Positions 27,157 through 37,492 of a stretch of DNA of 64,000 nucleotides are shown in pieces. A program made the translations under genes and the position numbers. This stretch comes from an uncultured Bdellovibrio sp. Lineage in GTDB: Bacteria; Bdellovibrionota; Bdellovibrionia; Bdellovibrionales; Bdellovibrionaceae. The number at the start of each line of letters is the position of its first letter. Position 1 is the first letter of the stretch. The stretch is taken from positions 17,332-81,331 of the forward strand of contig CAWVRN010000020.1 in the NCBI GenBank assembly GCA_963932905.1. Reading direction: 5' to 3'. The notes under the pieces were generated by a model. The model had not been told where the DNA came from. It worked only from the letters and a program-made list of their open reading frames with translations, and did no database searches.

Positions 27157-28887
27157 TTAGCTGTTTGGTAATTTTATTCTGACGGTCGTACCTTGGTTCA
27201 ATATTGAAACTACTTCCATTTTGCCGTTATGCAATTCGATAAAATACTTAACTAGGAAAAGCCCTAAGCCACTGCCTTTAATGTTTTCAGGTACAGACTC
27301 GGAACGGAAAAACTTTTGCCCCACTTTTTGCAATTCCGTTTCAGAAATCCCATATCCTTGGTCTCTAACCTCTGTCACAATGTGCTGATCAGTTTCAAAT
27401 GTTTTAATGGCTATCACCGTCCCATTTGGTGAATACTTAATGGCGTTTTCAATGATGTTAATAAGGGCCTCTTTGATCAGGATTGGGTCCATTTCGGTTA
27501 GGAAAAGTGGTGCCAAATCGGTATCAATTTTTATATTTTTGTCATTGGCCAAGGGGCGCAGCGCTATAATACTAGCTTCAATTAATTGGTTTAGGTCGCT
27601 AGGGACAAGATTAAGTTTAATATTCTGAGATTCGACGCGGGCGATATTTAAAATGGATCGGATGTAGTGATCTAACTCTTCTGAATATTTTTGAATTGCA
27701 TTTAGATCCGTAGCTATAGGACTATCGCCAGCAATCGCCAAGTTGCGAGCAACGACACTCTGAATTTTAGCAAGGGGATTTTTTAAATCGTGCGAAATCA
27801 AACTGATGAAATTTGACTTCATTAATTCAAGCTGGGCACGGGTTTCACTCGCTTGCTCCAGTTGGAAATTTTTCTTTTCTATGTTGCTAGTGAGAACGGT
27901 ATAGCCGATCAACCAACCTAAGAACATGCATAATGCCGTTGATGCCATGGGGAACCAAAAATGATGGATATCGAAAAAATATATGTTCAAGATCACCATG
28001 ACGAAAAGACTTACGATTGTGACGGTGATAGATAAATTACGGGGCAAAGATAGTGTCGAGAAGTATATTAAAATAATAATAAGCAAGATTACGAAAGACT
28101 GTGTCCAAAAACTCCATGATCTGATCCATTGGGAGTAGTACTTATTTTCTATTAATTGTGCGACCAGAGAACTGCGACCGTAGGAACCCATAGGCGTTAT
28201 GTATTCATAGTCTGAATTTGTAAAACCGCCCAATACAATGATTTTATTTTTGAAGAAATCTATCGGCCATTCATTGTTGATCAATTGATTGTAAGTTACT
28301 TTGAAGAAGCGATTTTCAGATCCCTGAAAATTGATATACCTAGCCGGTTCTCCTCGTTGAGGGGATAGTACTCGGCGAACGACACCATCTTTTTCAAATT
28401 GTATATCTAGGACATCAAGTAGCCGTTTTTTTTCCATGCCTAGTGGATCCAGATCGCTAGAATAAACCCAAGTCACTTTTGGGCTGCTAAGCAAGCTGAC
28501 GTTTAGTCCATCTGTCAGTGCCTGTTTGATTAAGTCTAACGTGATAATTATTGTCTTTGGCTGAAGCTTAAGTAGGTCGGTGAGTAAAGCATTCCATAAT
28601 TGTGGGTTCCAGTAGTAATGATCGTTTATGCTTGACGAGGAATTTAACAACATCAGATCTTGAACCTCGGTCGTGTTAAAATGTCTTAAATCAGATGGAG
28701 TCAGTTCAATAATTACGATATCTTTTGCTGGACTGCGATCGCCACGCATTTGAAAGCGGAAATCAAAGTCGTTTAAATTATCTATGCGCAGGGAAACGAG
28801 GCAAATAAGCCAAACGATAAGTACCCTCAGAATCGAGCCCGAGGAAATAGAGGCAAAAGCTTTTTGCAATTGGAATTGACTAGGCAT
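27157..28887 (-). CDS. CHASE2-domain sensor histidine kinase
   Basis: N-terminal TM; DGVVRR, FKNKIIVLG, TPMG (CHASE2); 3 TMs; SHDLKNPL, NAIKYS, DQGYG, GSGLGL. Confidence 0.88.
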   Translation of the reverse strand: MPSQFQLQKAFASISSGSILRVLIVWLICLVSLRIDNLNDFDFRFQMRGDRSPAKDIVIIELTPSDLRHFNTTEVQDLMLLNSSSSINDHYYWNPQLWNALLTDLLKLQPKTIIITLDLIKQALTDGLNVSLLSSPKVTWVYSSDLDPLGMEKKRLLDVLDIQFEKDGVVRRVLSPQRGEPARYINFQGSENRFFKVTYNQLINNEWPIDFFKNKIIVLGGFTNSDYEYITPMGSYGRSSLVAQLIENKYYSQWIRSWSFWTQSFVILLIIILIYFSTLSLPRNLSITVTIVSLFVMVILNIYFFDIHHFWFPMASTALCMFLGWLIGYTVLTSNIEKKNFQLEQASETRAQLELMKSNFISLISHDLKNPLAKIQSVVARNLAIAGDSPIATDLNAIQKYSEELDHYIRSILNIARVESQNIKLNLVPSDLNQLIEASIIALRPLANDKNIKIDTDLAPLFLTEMDPILIKEALINIIENAIKYSPNGTVIAIKTFETDQHIVTEVRDQGYGISETELQKVGQKFFRSESVPENIKGSGLGLFLVKYFIELHNGKMEVVSILNQGTTVRIKLPNS

Positions 28888-28934
28888 GTCTTAGCTACAT
28901 ATAATCCGTAATAACCTCAGAGTTCAATGATTTT

Positions 28935-29852
28935 ATGATTATTCTAGATAGTTTAGACAAAATTTCAGATCGCAAAACCCCCTTCGTACTTACCATTGGT
29001 AATTTTGATGGCGTTCACTTGGGGCATCAAAAGTTATTGAAAAGTCTTAAAACTGATCCGAGGCAAAACAGCCTTGTTACAACGTTTGATCCTCATCCAG
29101 TCGAATACTTTGATGTAAATAAAAAATTTAGAAAACTATTTTCCACTGATGATCAAAACAAACAGATGGAACGGCTGGGTGTTGACTATCTACTGCGAAT
29201 GAAATTTGATCAGGGCATAGCGACTATGTCGTTTGAGCAGTTTTTATCCCAATTTACGAATGCTTTAAATGTTCAGCGAATCGTTATCGGGCATGATTTA
29301 AAAATTGGAAAAGATCGCGGTGGAGATCGCTTTTCAATCCAAGCTTGGTGCCAAAAGGCAGGAATTAATTTTGAAGTGATTGAACCATTGGCTGTGGATG
29401 GTCAGGTGATTTCATCGACCTATATAAAAACGTTGGTCGAAGAAAGTAATTTCGACCAAGTTCCTAAATTTTTGGGACGATATTACTCGGTGAGTGGCCC
29501 TGTTATTCACGGTGATAAGCGGGGACGACTGATCGGTTTTCCAACGGCAAATTTGACGTGTCATCGATCTTTGTATGTTCCCAATTTCGGTGTCTATCAG
29601 ACACGCACGCTTTGGAAGAATTCTAAATTCGATTCGATTACCAACGTGGGTAAAACCCCAACATTTAAAACCGATGATTTGGTAAAAATTGAAACGCATA
29701 TTTTTGATTTCAATACAGAGATATACGGGGATGAAATCACTGTGGAATTTTTGAAATTCGTTCGTTCTGAACGTAAATTTTCGGGAATTGAAGAAATTAA
29801 AAATCAAATCGGACTTGATATAGCCTCGCTAGGGCGAAAGCATCAGCCATGA
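28935..29852 (+). CDS. ribF: Bifunctional riboflavin kinase / FAD synthetase
   Basis: TIGNFDGVHLGHQ, ISSTYIK, GRLIGFPTAN, ETHIFDF. Confidence 0.97.
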   Translation: MIILDSLDKISDRKTPFVLTIGNFDGVHLGHQKLLKSLKTDPRQNSLVTTFDPHPVEYFDVNKKFRKLFSTDDQNKQMERLGVDYLLRMKFDQGIATMSFEQFLSQFTNALNVQRIVIGHDLKIGKDRGGDRFSIQAWCQKAGINFEVIEPLAVDGQVISSTYIKTLVEESNFDQVPKFLGRYYSVSGPVIHGDKRGRLIGFPTANLTCHRSLYVPNFGVYQTRTLWKNSKFDSITNVGKTPTFKTDDLVKIETHIFDFNTEIYGDEITVEFLKFVRSERKFSGIEEIKNQIGLDIASLGRKHQP

Positions 29853-30658
29853 TTCGATTGTTTCTAAATCAAGGCTTCAAATCCACTGGTCTAGTTCCTG
29901 ATTTTGAAAATATTAAACGATATTTACAATCGGAATCTGTGACCTTTGAAGTTGCTGAGTATGAAGACTTGATTGATTTGCGTCGTAAAAACTTGGATCA
30001 ATCAATGATTCGGTGTGATCTTGATTTTGGAACTGAACATGTAACTCAGTTGGCAATGGCTCCTGAAGCTGTACGTTTTAACCGTACTTTTGATTCTTTA
30101 ACTTTCGAATCTGGTCATTGGCTACCTCGATTAAAATACTTCGATCTTCTTCGTCGTAAGATAGTAACTCATTTTGGTAATGTCGATATTCACGAAACAG
30201 CTGGTATTATTTGCGACTCATGTTCATTGGAAGGTCTGGTTTCCGTTGCTGTGAGTTTGGGTTTTAGGTCCATTATTCTTTTTATACCGGATGGGAAGTC
30301 TGGAATGGTTGATGAATTGTCCCGCTATTTTATCGGCGTAAAAATCAAGACGGTGGCGTTTTCTGAGATAACACAAAATCGGGATCAAACCAGTTTGATG
30401 ATTAATGCTGTCGATGTCGAAAAGAACACGACTTTGATGAATGACTTAGCTTATTTCAATTTCATGTCAGTCAAAGGGATTATGGTGGACCTTGTTTCTA
30501 AAACCCCTGTTCATCCTTTGCTTTTCGAGGCAGAGAAGGCCGGCTTAAGGACTTTGAAACGTCGTGATCTGGCAGCTTTTTATGATTATGAATCATTGCG
30601 TACAATTCACCCACCGTTAGAAAACACAAAAAACGAGTTTTTTCTCAACTATTTATAA
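29849..30658 (+). CDS. Degenerate shikimate dehydrogenase (AroE)-like protein
   Basis: AroE-like C-half pattern (LGFRSIILF, LMINAV, MVDLV, LLFEAEKAGLRTL); no GAGGA, HSxSP or N/D-T-D motifs; aroE-like position before pilB. Confidence 0.55.
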   Translation: MIRLFLNQGFKSTGLVPDFENIKRYLQSESVTFEVAEYEDLIDLRRKNLDQSMIRCDLDFGTEHVTQLAMAPEAVRFNRTFDSLTFESGHWLPRLKYFDLLRRKIVTHFGNVDIHETAGIICDSCSLEGLVSVAVSLGFRSIILFIPDGKSGMVDELSRYFIGVKIKTVAFSEITQNRDQTSLMINAVDVEKNTTLMNDLAYFNFMSVKGIMVDLVSKTPVHPLLFEAEKAGLRTLKRRDLAAFYDYESLRTIHPPLENTKNEFFLNYL

Positions 30659-30712
30659 ATCGAGACTATCGACTAGTAACAAATTCGCCACGTTTATCTA
30701 AAATAGTAATCT

Positions 30713-32443
30713 ATGAGCGAAATTAAACCTTGGGATAAAAAGACGTGCGATATATTGTATCGCCAAGGCTTGATTAAACCAGAACAGTACGAACAAGCAC
30801 TTGAAACAAAAAAAACAACTCCGAATTTATTGCTCACTCAAATTCTGATAAATTTAAATTTTGTACAAGAAGCCCAGGTGCAAAAAGGTTTAGAGGCCTT
30901 TTACAATATTCAGGGAATTAATCTTTCACAATTCCAAATTGATCAACAGGTTGTTGAAATGGTTCCACGTGACATTTGCTACAAGCACAATGTTATTCCA
31001 GTTCAAAGAATGTTGGACAACCAGGGCAAGATTTCTACGGTAGTTATCGCATTCTCGGATCCAAGCCAAATTCTAGTGCGCGAGGATTTGCGTATTATCA
31101 CTAAAGCTAAAGTTATTCAACCCATCGTGGCTTCGCCAATTGCTATCCAGCACGCGCTGGAGAAGTACTATGGTATCAGTGTTGATAAGGCGTTGGAAGG
31201 TGTAGATGGTGATGATGCTGAAGTCGACGTGCTTGATGAAAAGAAAGTCGAGACGATCGACAATATCACTGACAAAGATTCCCCGGTTGTTAAATTCGTA
31301 AATGCGATTTTGAATGAAGCGATGAAAAAGCGCGCCAGTGATATTCACTTTGAACCGTACGAAAAAATTTTTCGTGTTCGTTATCGCGTTGACGGGATTT
31401 TGATTGAAGCGAAAAATCCACCACGTGATTGGGGTCCTTCGATTTCCGCACGTATTAAAATTATGTCAAAGTTAGATATCGCTGAACGACGTCGCCCTCA
31501 AGATGGTCGTTTAAAAGTGCGTACGCGTGAAGCCGATATGGATTTTCGTGTTAGCACGATGCCAACTTTGTGGGGTGAAAAAGCTGTTCTTCGTCTTTTG
31601 GATAAATCGAATTTGCAATTAGACATGACAAAACTTGGATTTGAAGAAGAAGATCTAAAGCTTTTTAAATCATGTATTAACTTGCCTCAAGGGTTGGTAT
31701 TGATAACGGGCCCTACGGGTTCTGGTAAAACAACAACAATTTATTCTGCGCTTTCGGAACTGAATCAAACGGATGTTAATATTTCGACGGCGGAAGATCC
31801 TGTCGAATTTAACTTAGAGGGTATTAATCAGGTTCAGATGAATCCTGATATCGACTTAAATTTCTCGGTCGCGCTGAAATCGTTTCTCCGTCAAGATCCA
31901 GATATTATTATGGTGGGGGAGATACGAGATTTAGAAACGGCAGAGATTTCTTTCAAAGCGGCTTCTACGGGGCACTTGGTTGTGTCGACACTGCATACTA
32001 ACGATGCACCGTCTACGGTGATCCGTTTAACAGAGATCGGTATCCAGCCGTACGTCATAACGTCGACGGTCAATTTAGTAGTGGCCCAACGTCTTGTCGG
32101 AAAGATATGCGAAAACTGTAAAGTTCCCGTCGAGATGCCCGTTCAAAACCTTATAAACATCGGTGTTCCGCCTAATGAGGTGCCTGAATACAAATTATAC
32201 AAAGGCAAGGGATGTTCAAACTGTAACAATACGGGAATTAAAGGCCGATTAGCTATTTATGAATTACTTCCAATGACCGAGAAGATAAAGGACGCGATTC
32301 TAAAAGGCGCTAATCAGGCTCAATTACGTTTTCTAGCTCGAGAGCTAGGTCTACGTACCTTACGCCGAAGCGCACTTTTAAAACTAAAGCGCGGTGTAAC
32401 AACGTTTGAGGAAGTTTTAAACTCTTCAGTAAAGGATACGTAG
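30713..32443 (+). CDS. pilB: Type IVa pilus extension ATPase
   Basis: ASDIHFEP, RRPQDGR, GPTGSGKTTT, LRQDPDIIMVGEIRD, TGHLVVSTLHTND, tetracysteine CENC/CSNC. Confidence 0.96.
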   Translation: MSEIKPWDKKTCDILYRQGLIKPEQYEQALETKKTTPNLLLTQILINLNFVQEAQVQKGLEAFYNIQGINLSQFQIDQQVVEMVPRDICYKHNVIPVQRMLDNQGKISTVVIAFSDPSQILVREDLRIITKAKVIQPIVASPIAIQHALEKYYGISVDKALEGVDGDDAEVDVLDEKKVETIDNITDKDSPVVKFVNAILNEAMKKRASDIHFEPYEKIFRVRYRVDGILIEAKNPPRDWGPSISARIKIMSKLDIAERRRPQDGRLKVRTREADMDFRVSTMPTLWGEKAVLRLLDKSNLQLDMTKLGFEEEDLKLFKSCINLPQGLVLITGPTGSGKTTTIYSALSELNQTDVNISTAEDPVEFNLEGINQVQMNPDIDLNFSVALKSFLRQDPDIIMVGEIRDLETAEISFKAASTGHLVVSTLHTNDAPSTVIRLTEIGIQPYVITSTVNLVVAQRLVGKICENCKVPVEMPVQNLINIGVPPNEVPEYKLYKGKGCSNCNNTGIKGRLAIYELLPMTEKIKDAILKGANQAQLRFLARELGLRTLRRSALLKLKRGVTTFEEVLNSSVKDT

Positions 32444-32446
32444 AAC

Positions 32447-33169
32447 GTGAAAGAATTTCTGATGCCCGAAGTAATGCGAGAAAATTTGGCTCGACGCCAT
32501 GGTTTGCTGTTGGTGAATGGCAATCGTTTCTCTGGTATCGAGAAGTTTTTCCTAAGTGCAATTAAGCAATTTGAATCTGAAAAGCGCACAGGCACGGTTT
32601 TTTTACGTGATACAGTTAAATCTCCATTTAAGCATTGGTCGTATAAAACAATAGATGATTTAGTTAGTTCAGGAACTATGCTGGTTAAGGATTCTGAGGT
32701 TTTGATTTTTGAGAATATCTCTAAATTATTTGAAGTAGAGGCGGCGCTTGAATGTGCCGAAGAAGGTCGTTTAGTTATCATGCATTTCTGTAATCAGTCA
32801 CTCGTTAGTTCGCTACACAAGTTGCTTTCTTTTTTTCCAGATTCGCGGGCTCAGCACATGTTGTGGCGAATGCTTGATTTGTTGTCACTAAGCTACTCAC
32901 AATATGAAATTGACGGTGAAAATAATGAAACGGTTTATGCCGGTGAAATTGTTCCCCTAAGCCCCGAAATCAAGAAAGAGATTTACGCTAAGGGTGTAGA
33001 TTCGTTTGAAGAACGATTGAAAAATATCGACGATGAAAATGGCGTGGTTACGTTTAATCAAAGTTTATTGCAATTACTAATCAGAAGAAAAATATCACTT
33101 CAGAAGGCTTTTGAATTTTCAAAAGACCCACAGGATCTTGATTCTTTATTGAAGAAGGTAGGTATCTAA
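32447..33169 (+). CDS. pilT: Truncated, catalytically degenerate PilT/PilU-like protein
   Basis: Between pilB and pilC; GLLLVNG..SG, AEEGRLVI, GVVTFNQSLLQL...I...AF recognisable; Walker A Lys and His-box absent. Confidence 0.65.
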   Translation: MKEFLMPEVMRENLARRHGLLLVNGNRFSGIEKFFLSAIKQFESEKRTGTVFLRDTVKSPFKHWSYKTIDDLVSSGTMLVKDSEVLIFENISKLFEVEAALECAEEGRLVIMHFCNQSLVSSLHKLLSFFPDSRAQHMLWRMLDLLSLSYSQYEIDGENNETVYAGEIVPLSPEIKKEIYAKGVDSFEERLKNIDDENGVVTFNQSLLQLLIRRKISLQKAFEFSKDPQDLDSLLKKVGI

Positions 33170-34389
33170 TGGCAAAGTTTTCATATCAGGCAAAGAACTT
33201 GAATGGTCAAATGACCAACGGAGAGCTGGAAGCCTTTAATGAAACAGAAGTTCGTACTCGCCTAAGGCAAATGCATCTGGAAGTTGTTCGTGTGAACGCC
33301 AAAGGTCTTGGCGGCACTATGAAGGCTGCTGGAAGTGGATTATTTGTATCTAAAGTGAAAGTAAAAGATTTGCAGATTTTCACCCGTCAGTTTGCAACGT
33401 TAATTAACTCAGGTATTCCGGTTGTGGATGCTCTTAAAATATTGAGTGAAGGTTTGCGTTCGGGAATTTTAAAAGACGCGGCTATGAAAGTTAAAAAGAG
33501 CATCGAGCAAGGTAAAAAATTATCAGACTCGATGGCCCAAGTTCCAAACGTTTTTGACCGATTTTATTCAAACATGGTTCATGCCGGTGAAGAAGCCGGT
33601 ATTCTTGATGGTATCTTGAGTCGTTTGGCGACGTACATGGAAAAAAACGAAAAGGTAAAATCTCAAGTGAAGGGTGCCTTGGTATATCCAACGGTGATCG
33701 TCGTCGTTGCGATGTTTGTTATCGCGGCGATCTTGGTGTTTATTATTCCTAAGTTCCAAGAATTTTTCAACTCTGCTGGTAAAGAACCACCTTTGTTAAC
33801 TATGATGGTTGTGTCTTTATCTAATGCCATGATTAAAATGTGGTATGTTATTGTTGGCGGCGCTATAGCAGCTCCGTTTGTCATCAAGTCGTATTTGGCT
33901 ACACCGGCAGGAAAAGCATCATTTGAACAGTTTTTGTTCCGAGCGCCTATTTTTGGTGAGCTAGTGAGAAAATCGGCCGTAGCACGTATGACTCGTACGT
34001 TAGGTACACTGCTAAGTTCGGGTGTTGGTCTAATTGAAGCGATCGAGATCGCATCGCGTACGGCCGGTAACATTGTCGTTGAGCGTGCGTTGATTCGTTG
34101 TAAAGAATCGGTTCTGCAAGGTAAACCCTTTGCGACGCCACTTTCAAAAGATAAGGTATTCCCAGACATGGTTGTGCAAATGATCGCGGTAGGGGAGCAG
34201 TCGGGTACGTTAGATAACATGTTAAACAAGATCGCCGACTTCTATGAAGATGAAGTGGAAACTGCGGTTAAGGCATTGACCTCGTTGATTGAACCATTAC
34301 TGATGGTTGTGCTAGGTGGTATTATTGCCGTCCTAGTTATCGCGATGTACTTGCCAATTTTCTCGATGGCAGGAAATGCAGGCGGGTAG
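33169..34389 (+). CDS. pilC: Type IV pilus platform protein
   Basis: FTRQFATLINSG, GEEAGILD, ALVYP, VGEQSGTLD, IEP...MYLPIF. Confidence 0.95.
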   Translation: MAKFSYQAKNLNGQMTNGELEAFNETEVRTRLRQMHLEVVRVNAKGLGGTMKAAGSGLFVSKVKVKDLQIFTRQFATLINSGIPVVDALKILSEGLRSGILKDAAMKVKKSIEQGKKLSDSMAQVPNVFDRFYSNMVHAGEEAGILDGILSRLATYMEKNEKVKSQVKGALVYPTVIVVVAMFVIAAILVFIIPKFQEFFNSAGKEPPLLTMMVVSLSNAMIKMWYVIVGGAIAAPFVIKSYLATPAGKASFEQFLFRAPIFGELVRKSAVARMTRTLGTLLSSGVGLIEAIEIASRTAGNIVVERALIRCKESVLQGKPFATPLSKDKVFPDMVVQMIAVGEQSGTLDNMLNKIADFYEDEVETAVKALTSLIEPLLMVVLGGIIAVLVIAMYLPIFSMAGNAGG

Positions 34390-35965
34390 TGTAGCAACCT
34401 CTCAGACTCTATCCAGAAAGTGGCAGGTCGAATCTGTTCGCGTACTGCTCTATATTTTTTCGTTAATAGTCTTAGTATTTTTCTATTTCTGGCAGGCTCC
34501 TTTTGTGTCGTGGGCATTGCTGGGGCCATCATTTTTAGTGTTGGGGCTAGGACTTATCACCCATTTCATACTTTTTTTCAAAATTGATTCTATGTCTGAG
34601 GAATCGACAGCGTTGCTGTCGACATTTATTCTGGATTCATTACTTATTTCACTGTACGTATATTTCTCTAGCGGCTCTGTTAGTTTGTTTTTGCTGCTTC
34701 ATGTGATTAACATTATTTTAGGTAGTTTTTTGTTTAAGGGGAAAGGTGCGATAATATTAGCTTTGGTGACCAGCTTCAACTACAGCTGGGTGCAAATCTT
34801 GGGGCCAGAATTTAAAACCATTGCAAGTCTTATTACTCTGACAATAAATAACTTGGCTTTTTTTGGTGTAGCCGGTTTGTCTGGTTATTTAAGTGAAAAG
34901 CTTTTTCAAACTGAAACGGCGCTCAAAACGAAAGAAGGACAGCTTCGATCGTTAGAGGATTTGTACGAACTAATCATTGAAAAATCACCTGTTGCCTTGC
35001 TAACGCTGGACAAAGCCTCCCAGATTGTTCAAATGAATACAAAAGCCATAATGTTGTTTCCATTAATCAAAGAGAACGGACGATTGACTGAATTTTTTCC
35101 GCCACTTAATAGTCTTTGGGGGCAAATTGTTGCTCTTGATACGCAAGAGGAGTTATCCCGTGAAGTTGATTTTAAGAACGATACAGAGGATTCAATTTTT
35201 AAAATCGTCGCTAAACCAATTTCAAAAACCGAAGGATTGTTCCTGCTCGTAATTGAAGACCTAAGCCAAATACGAAAAATGGAGTTTCACTTGAAACAAA
35301 GTGAAAAATTGGCGGCGATCGGTGGTCTGGCTGCCGGTGTGGCACACGAAATTCGTAATCCATTAGCCGGTATTAGCGGCAGCGTTGAATTGCTAAGTCA
35401 AACTACACAAGGCGATGACGATCGCAAATTAATGAAAATTATTTTAAAAGAGATCGATAGACTAAATAATCTAATTACGGAATTCCTGGAGTATGCCAAG
35501 CCAGCGAAAAATCCTACAGACCCGTGTGATTTGAATTTAATTTTGCGCGATGTTTTAGCGAATGTGGAACAAAATGCGCAGCTTCGAAAAGATGTTAAAA
35601 TGACTATCGATATTGAGCCCAATGCCATGATCAAGGGCTACAGTGACAAGCTAAAGCAGGCGTTTCTAAATATTATTATCAATGCTTTGCAAGCGATGGA
35701 TAAAGTGCCTATTGCCGCACTCGACGTCACTTTGAAAAAAGTAAATAAGCATTGGTGTTTACGTATCAAAGATACGGGATCTGGAATGAGTGAACAAACG
35801 TTGAAACGAATTTTCGAACCGTTTTTCACGACTAAGAGCAAGGGTACGGGTCTAGGTCTAGCAGTAACGCATAAAATTTTAGAATCACATCAAGCCATCA
35901 TTCATGTTCGCAGTCAGGTAGGCCAAGGCACAGAGTTTGAGTTTAATTTTCCTTGCTTAGAATAA
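34376..35965 (+). CDS. pilS: PilS-like sensor kinase (multi-TM, PAS, HisKA, HATPase)
   Basis: About 6 TMs; AHEIRNPL, NALQAM, DTGSG, FFTTK..GTGLGL; context. Confidence 0.88.
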   Translation: MQAGSVATSQTLSRKWQVESVRVLLYIFSLIVLVFFYFWQAPFVSWALLGPSFLVLGLGLITHFILFFKIDSMSEESTALLSTFILDSLLISLYVYFSSGSVSLFLLLHVINIILGSFLFKGKGAIILALVTSFNYSWVQILGPEFKTIASLITLTINNLAFFGVAGLSGYLSEKLFQTETALKTKEGQLRSLEDLYELIIEKSPVALLTLDKASQIVQMNTKAIMLFPLIKENGRLTEFFPPLNSLWGQIVALDTQEELSREVDFKNDTEDSIFKIVAKPISKTEGLFLLVIEDLSQIRKMEFHLKQSEKLAAIGGLAAGVAHEIRNPLAGISGSVELLSQTTQGDDDRKLMKIILKEIDRLNNLITEFLEYAKPAKNPTDPCDLNLILRDVLANVEQNAQLRKDVKMTIDIEPNAMIKGYSDKLKQAFLNIIINALQAMDKVPIAALDVTLKKVNKHWCLRIKDTGSGMSEQTLKRIFEPFFTTKSKGTGLGLAVTHKILESHQAIIHVRSQVGQGTEFEFNFPCLE

Positions 35966-36003
35966 ATTTCCTAGGGACAATATTTCTATAGGGGATTGAC
36001 CAA

Positions 36004-37410
36004 ATGAAAGCAAAAATTTTAGTTGTTGATGACGAAGAATCGATAAGAGAATTCCTCGAAATCATGCTTCGGAAAGAAGGCTATGAAATTACATTAGCCG
36101 AAGACGGTCAAAAAGCGAAAGAACTGTTGCAGAAGAAATCATTCGACATGATTATTTCTGACTTACAGATGCCAAATATGACTGGTATTGAATTACTGAA
36201 ATACGTAAGACAAGATTTTCCAGAAATTATTTTCATGATGATCACGGCGTTCGGTACAACTGAAACGGCTGTTGAAGCGATGAAAATGGGCGCTTATGAT
36301 TATTTAACTAAGCCATTTAAAATTGATGAAGTTCGAATCAATATTTCAAATGCATTAAGATCAAAAAACTTAGAATTTGAAAATAGAAGCCTAAAAAAAG
36401 AACTAGGTAAAGAATTTTCGTTTCAAAACATCATTGGTAATTCACCAGCGATGCATCATGTGTTTGATTTAATTAAACGCGTTTCTCAAGCACCAACAAA
36501 TATCTTGGTAACAGGTGAATCTGGAACAGGTAAAGAGGTTATTGCCAAAGCGATTCACTACAATGGTCCTTTGAAAGATCGTCCGTTCGTAACAATCAAC
36601 TGCGGTGCGATTCCTGAGAACCTAATGGAATCAGAAATGTTTGGTCATAAGAAAGGATCGTTCACAGGAGCAATTGCGGACAAGTTAGGTTTGTTCGAGG
36701 TGGCTGACGGCGGAACATTGTTTCTGGACGAGGTTGGCGAGTTGCCGTTATCGATCCAAGTCAAACTACTGCGTTCTTTACAAGAGCGTGTTATTCGTCG
36801 TGTGGGTGCTACGGAAGACATCAAAGTAGATGTTCGTATCATCGCGGCTACAAATCGGCATTTGGAAGAAATGGTTCAAAAGGGAACATTCCGTCAAGAT
36901 TTGTATTATCGTCTGAATGTTATTCATATCAAAACTCCAAGTTTACGTGAGCGTAAAGAAGATATTCCAATTCTTGCGCATCACTTTTTGAAAAAATATA
37001 ACGACAAATTAAATAAGAATATTTCATCAATCAGTACTGAGGCGATGGAAAATCTGAAAAAATATGACTATCCTGGTAACGTACGCGAGCTTGAAAATAT
37101 GATCGAGCGTACTGTAGCATTAGAGGGTGGAGCGACTGTATTACCAGAGAGCTTGCCACCATTGGTTAATACGAGCTCGGGTCGTAAGTTGGCCTCTTCA
37201 AATGAAATCGAAGTGACAGACGACGGTGTTGATTTAGATAAAATCATTGGTCAGATCGAAAAAGAACTGATCATTAAAGCCATCCATCAGGCCAACGGTA
37301 TTAAAAAACGTGCCGCTAAGTTATTAAATATCACATTCCGTTCGATGCGTTACCGTATTGAAAAATACAATCTGGGTACCGTTGGAGATGATGAGTTAGA
37401 CGAAGAGTAA
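36004..37410 (+). CDS. pilR: PilR-like sigma54 response regulator
   Basis: REC, GESGTGKE, GSFTGA, YPGNVREL, HTH LLNITFRSMRYR. Confidence 0.9.
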   Translation: MKAKILVVDDEESIREFLEIMLRKEGYEITLAEDGQKAKELLQKKSFDMIISDLQMPNMTGIELLKYVRQDFPEIIFMMITAFGTTETAVEAMKMGAYDYLTKPFKIDEVRINISNALRSKNLEFENRSLKKELGKEFSFQNIIGNSPAMHHVFDLIKRVSQAPTNILVTGESGTGKEVIAKAIHYNGPLKDRPFVTINCGAIPENLMESEMFGHKKGSFTGAIADKLGLFEVADGGTLFLDEVGELPLSIQVKLLRSLQERVIRRVGATEDIKVDVRIIAATNRHLEEMVQKGTFRQDLYYRLNVIHIKTPSLRERKEDIPILAHHFLKKYNDKLNKNISSISTEAMENLKKYDYPGNVRELENMIERTVALEGGATVLPESLPPLVNTSSGRKLASSNEIEVTDDGVDLDKIIGQIEKELIIKAIHQANGIKKRAAKLLNITFRSMRYRIEKYNLGTVGDDELDEE

Positions 37411-37436
37411 AATAGCTAATGAAATAGGTTCAAATG

Positions 37437-37470
37437 AAAAAGGTCAAACTAAGTAGTTTGACCTTTTTTT
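37437..37470. terminator. Bidirectional intrinsic terminator
   Basis: AAAAAGGTCAAACTA-AG-TAGTTTGACCTTTTTTT between convergent genes. Confidence 0.88.
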
Positions 37471-37492
37471 GTACCTCGAAAAAGCGCGAGAT

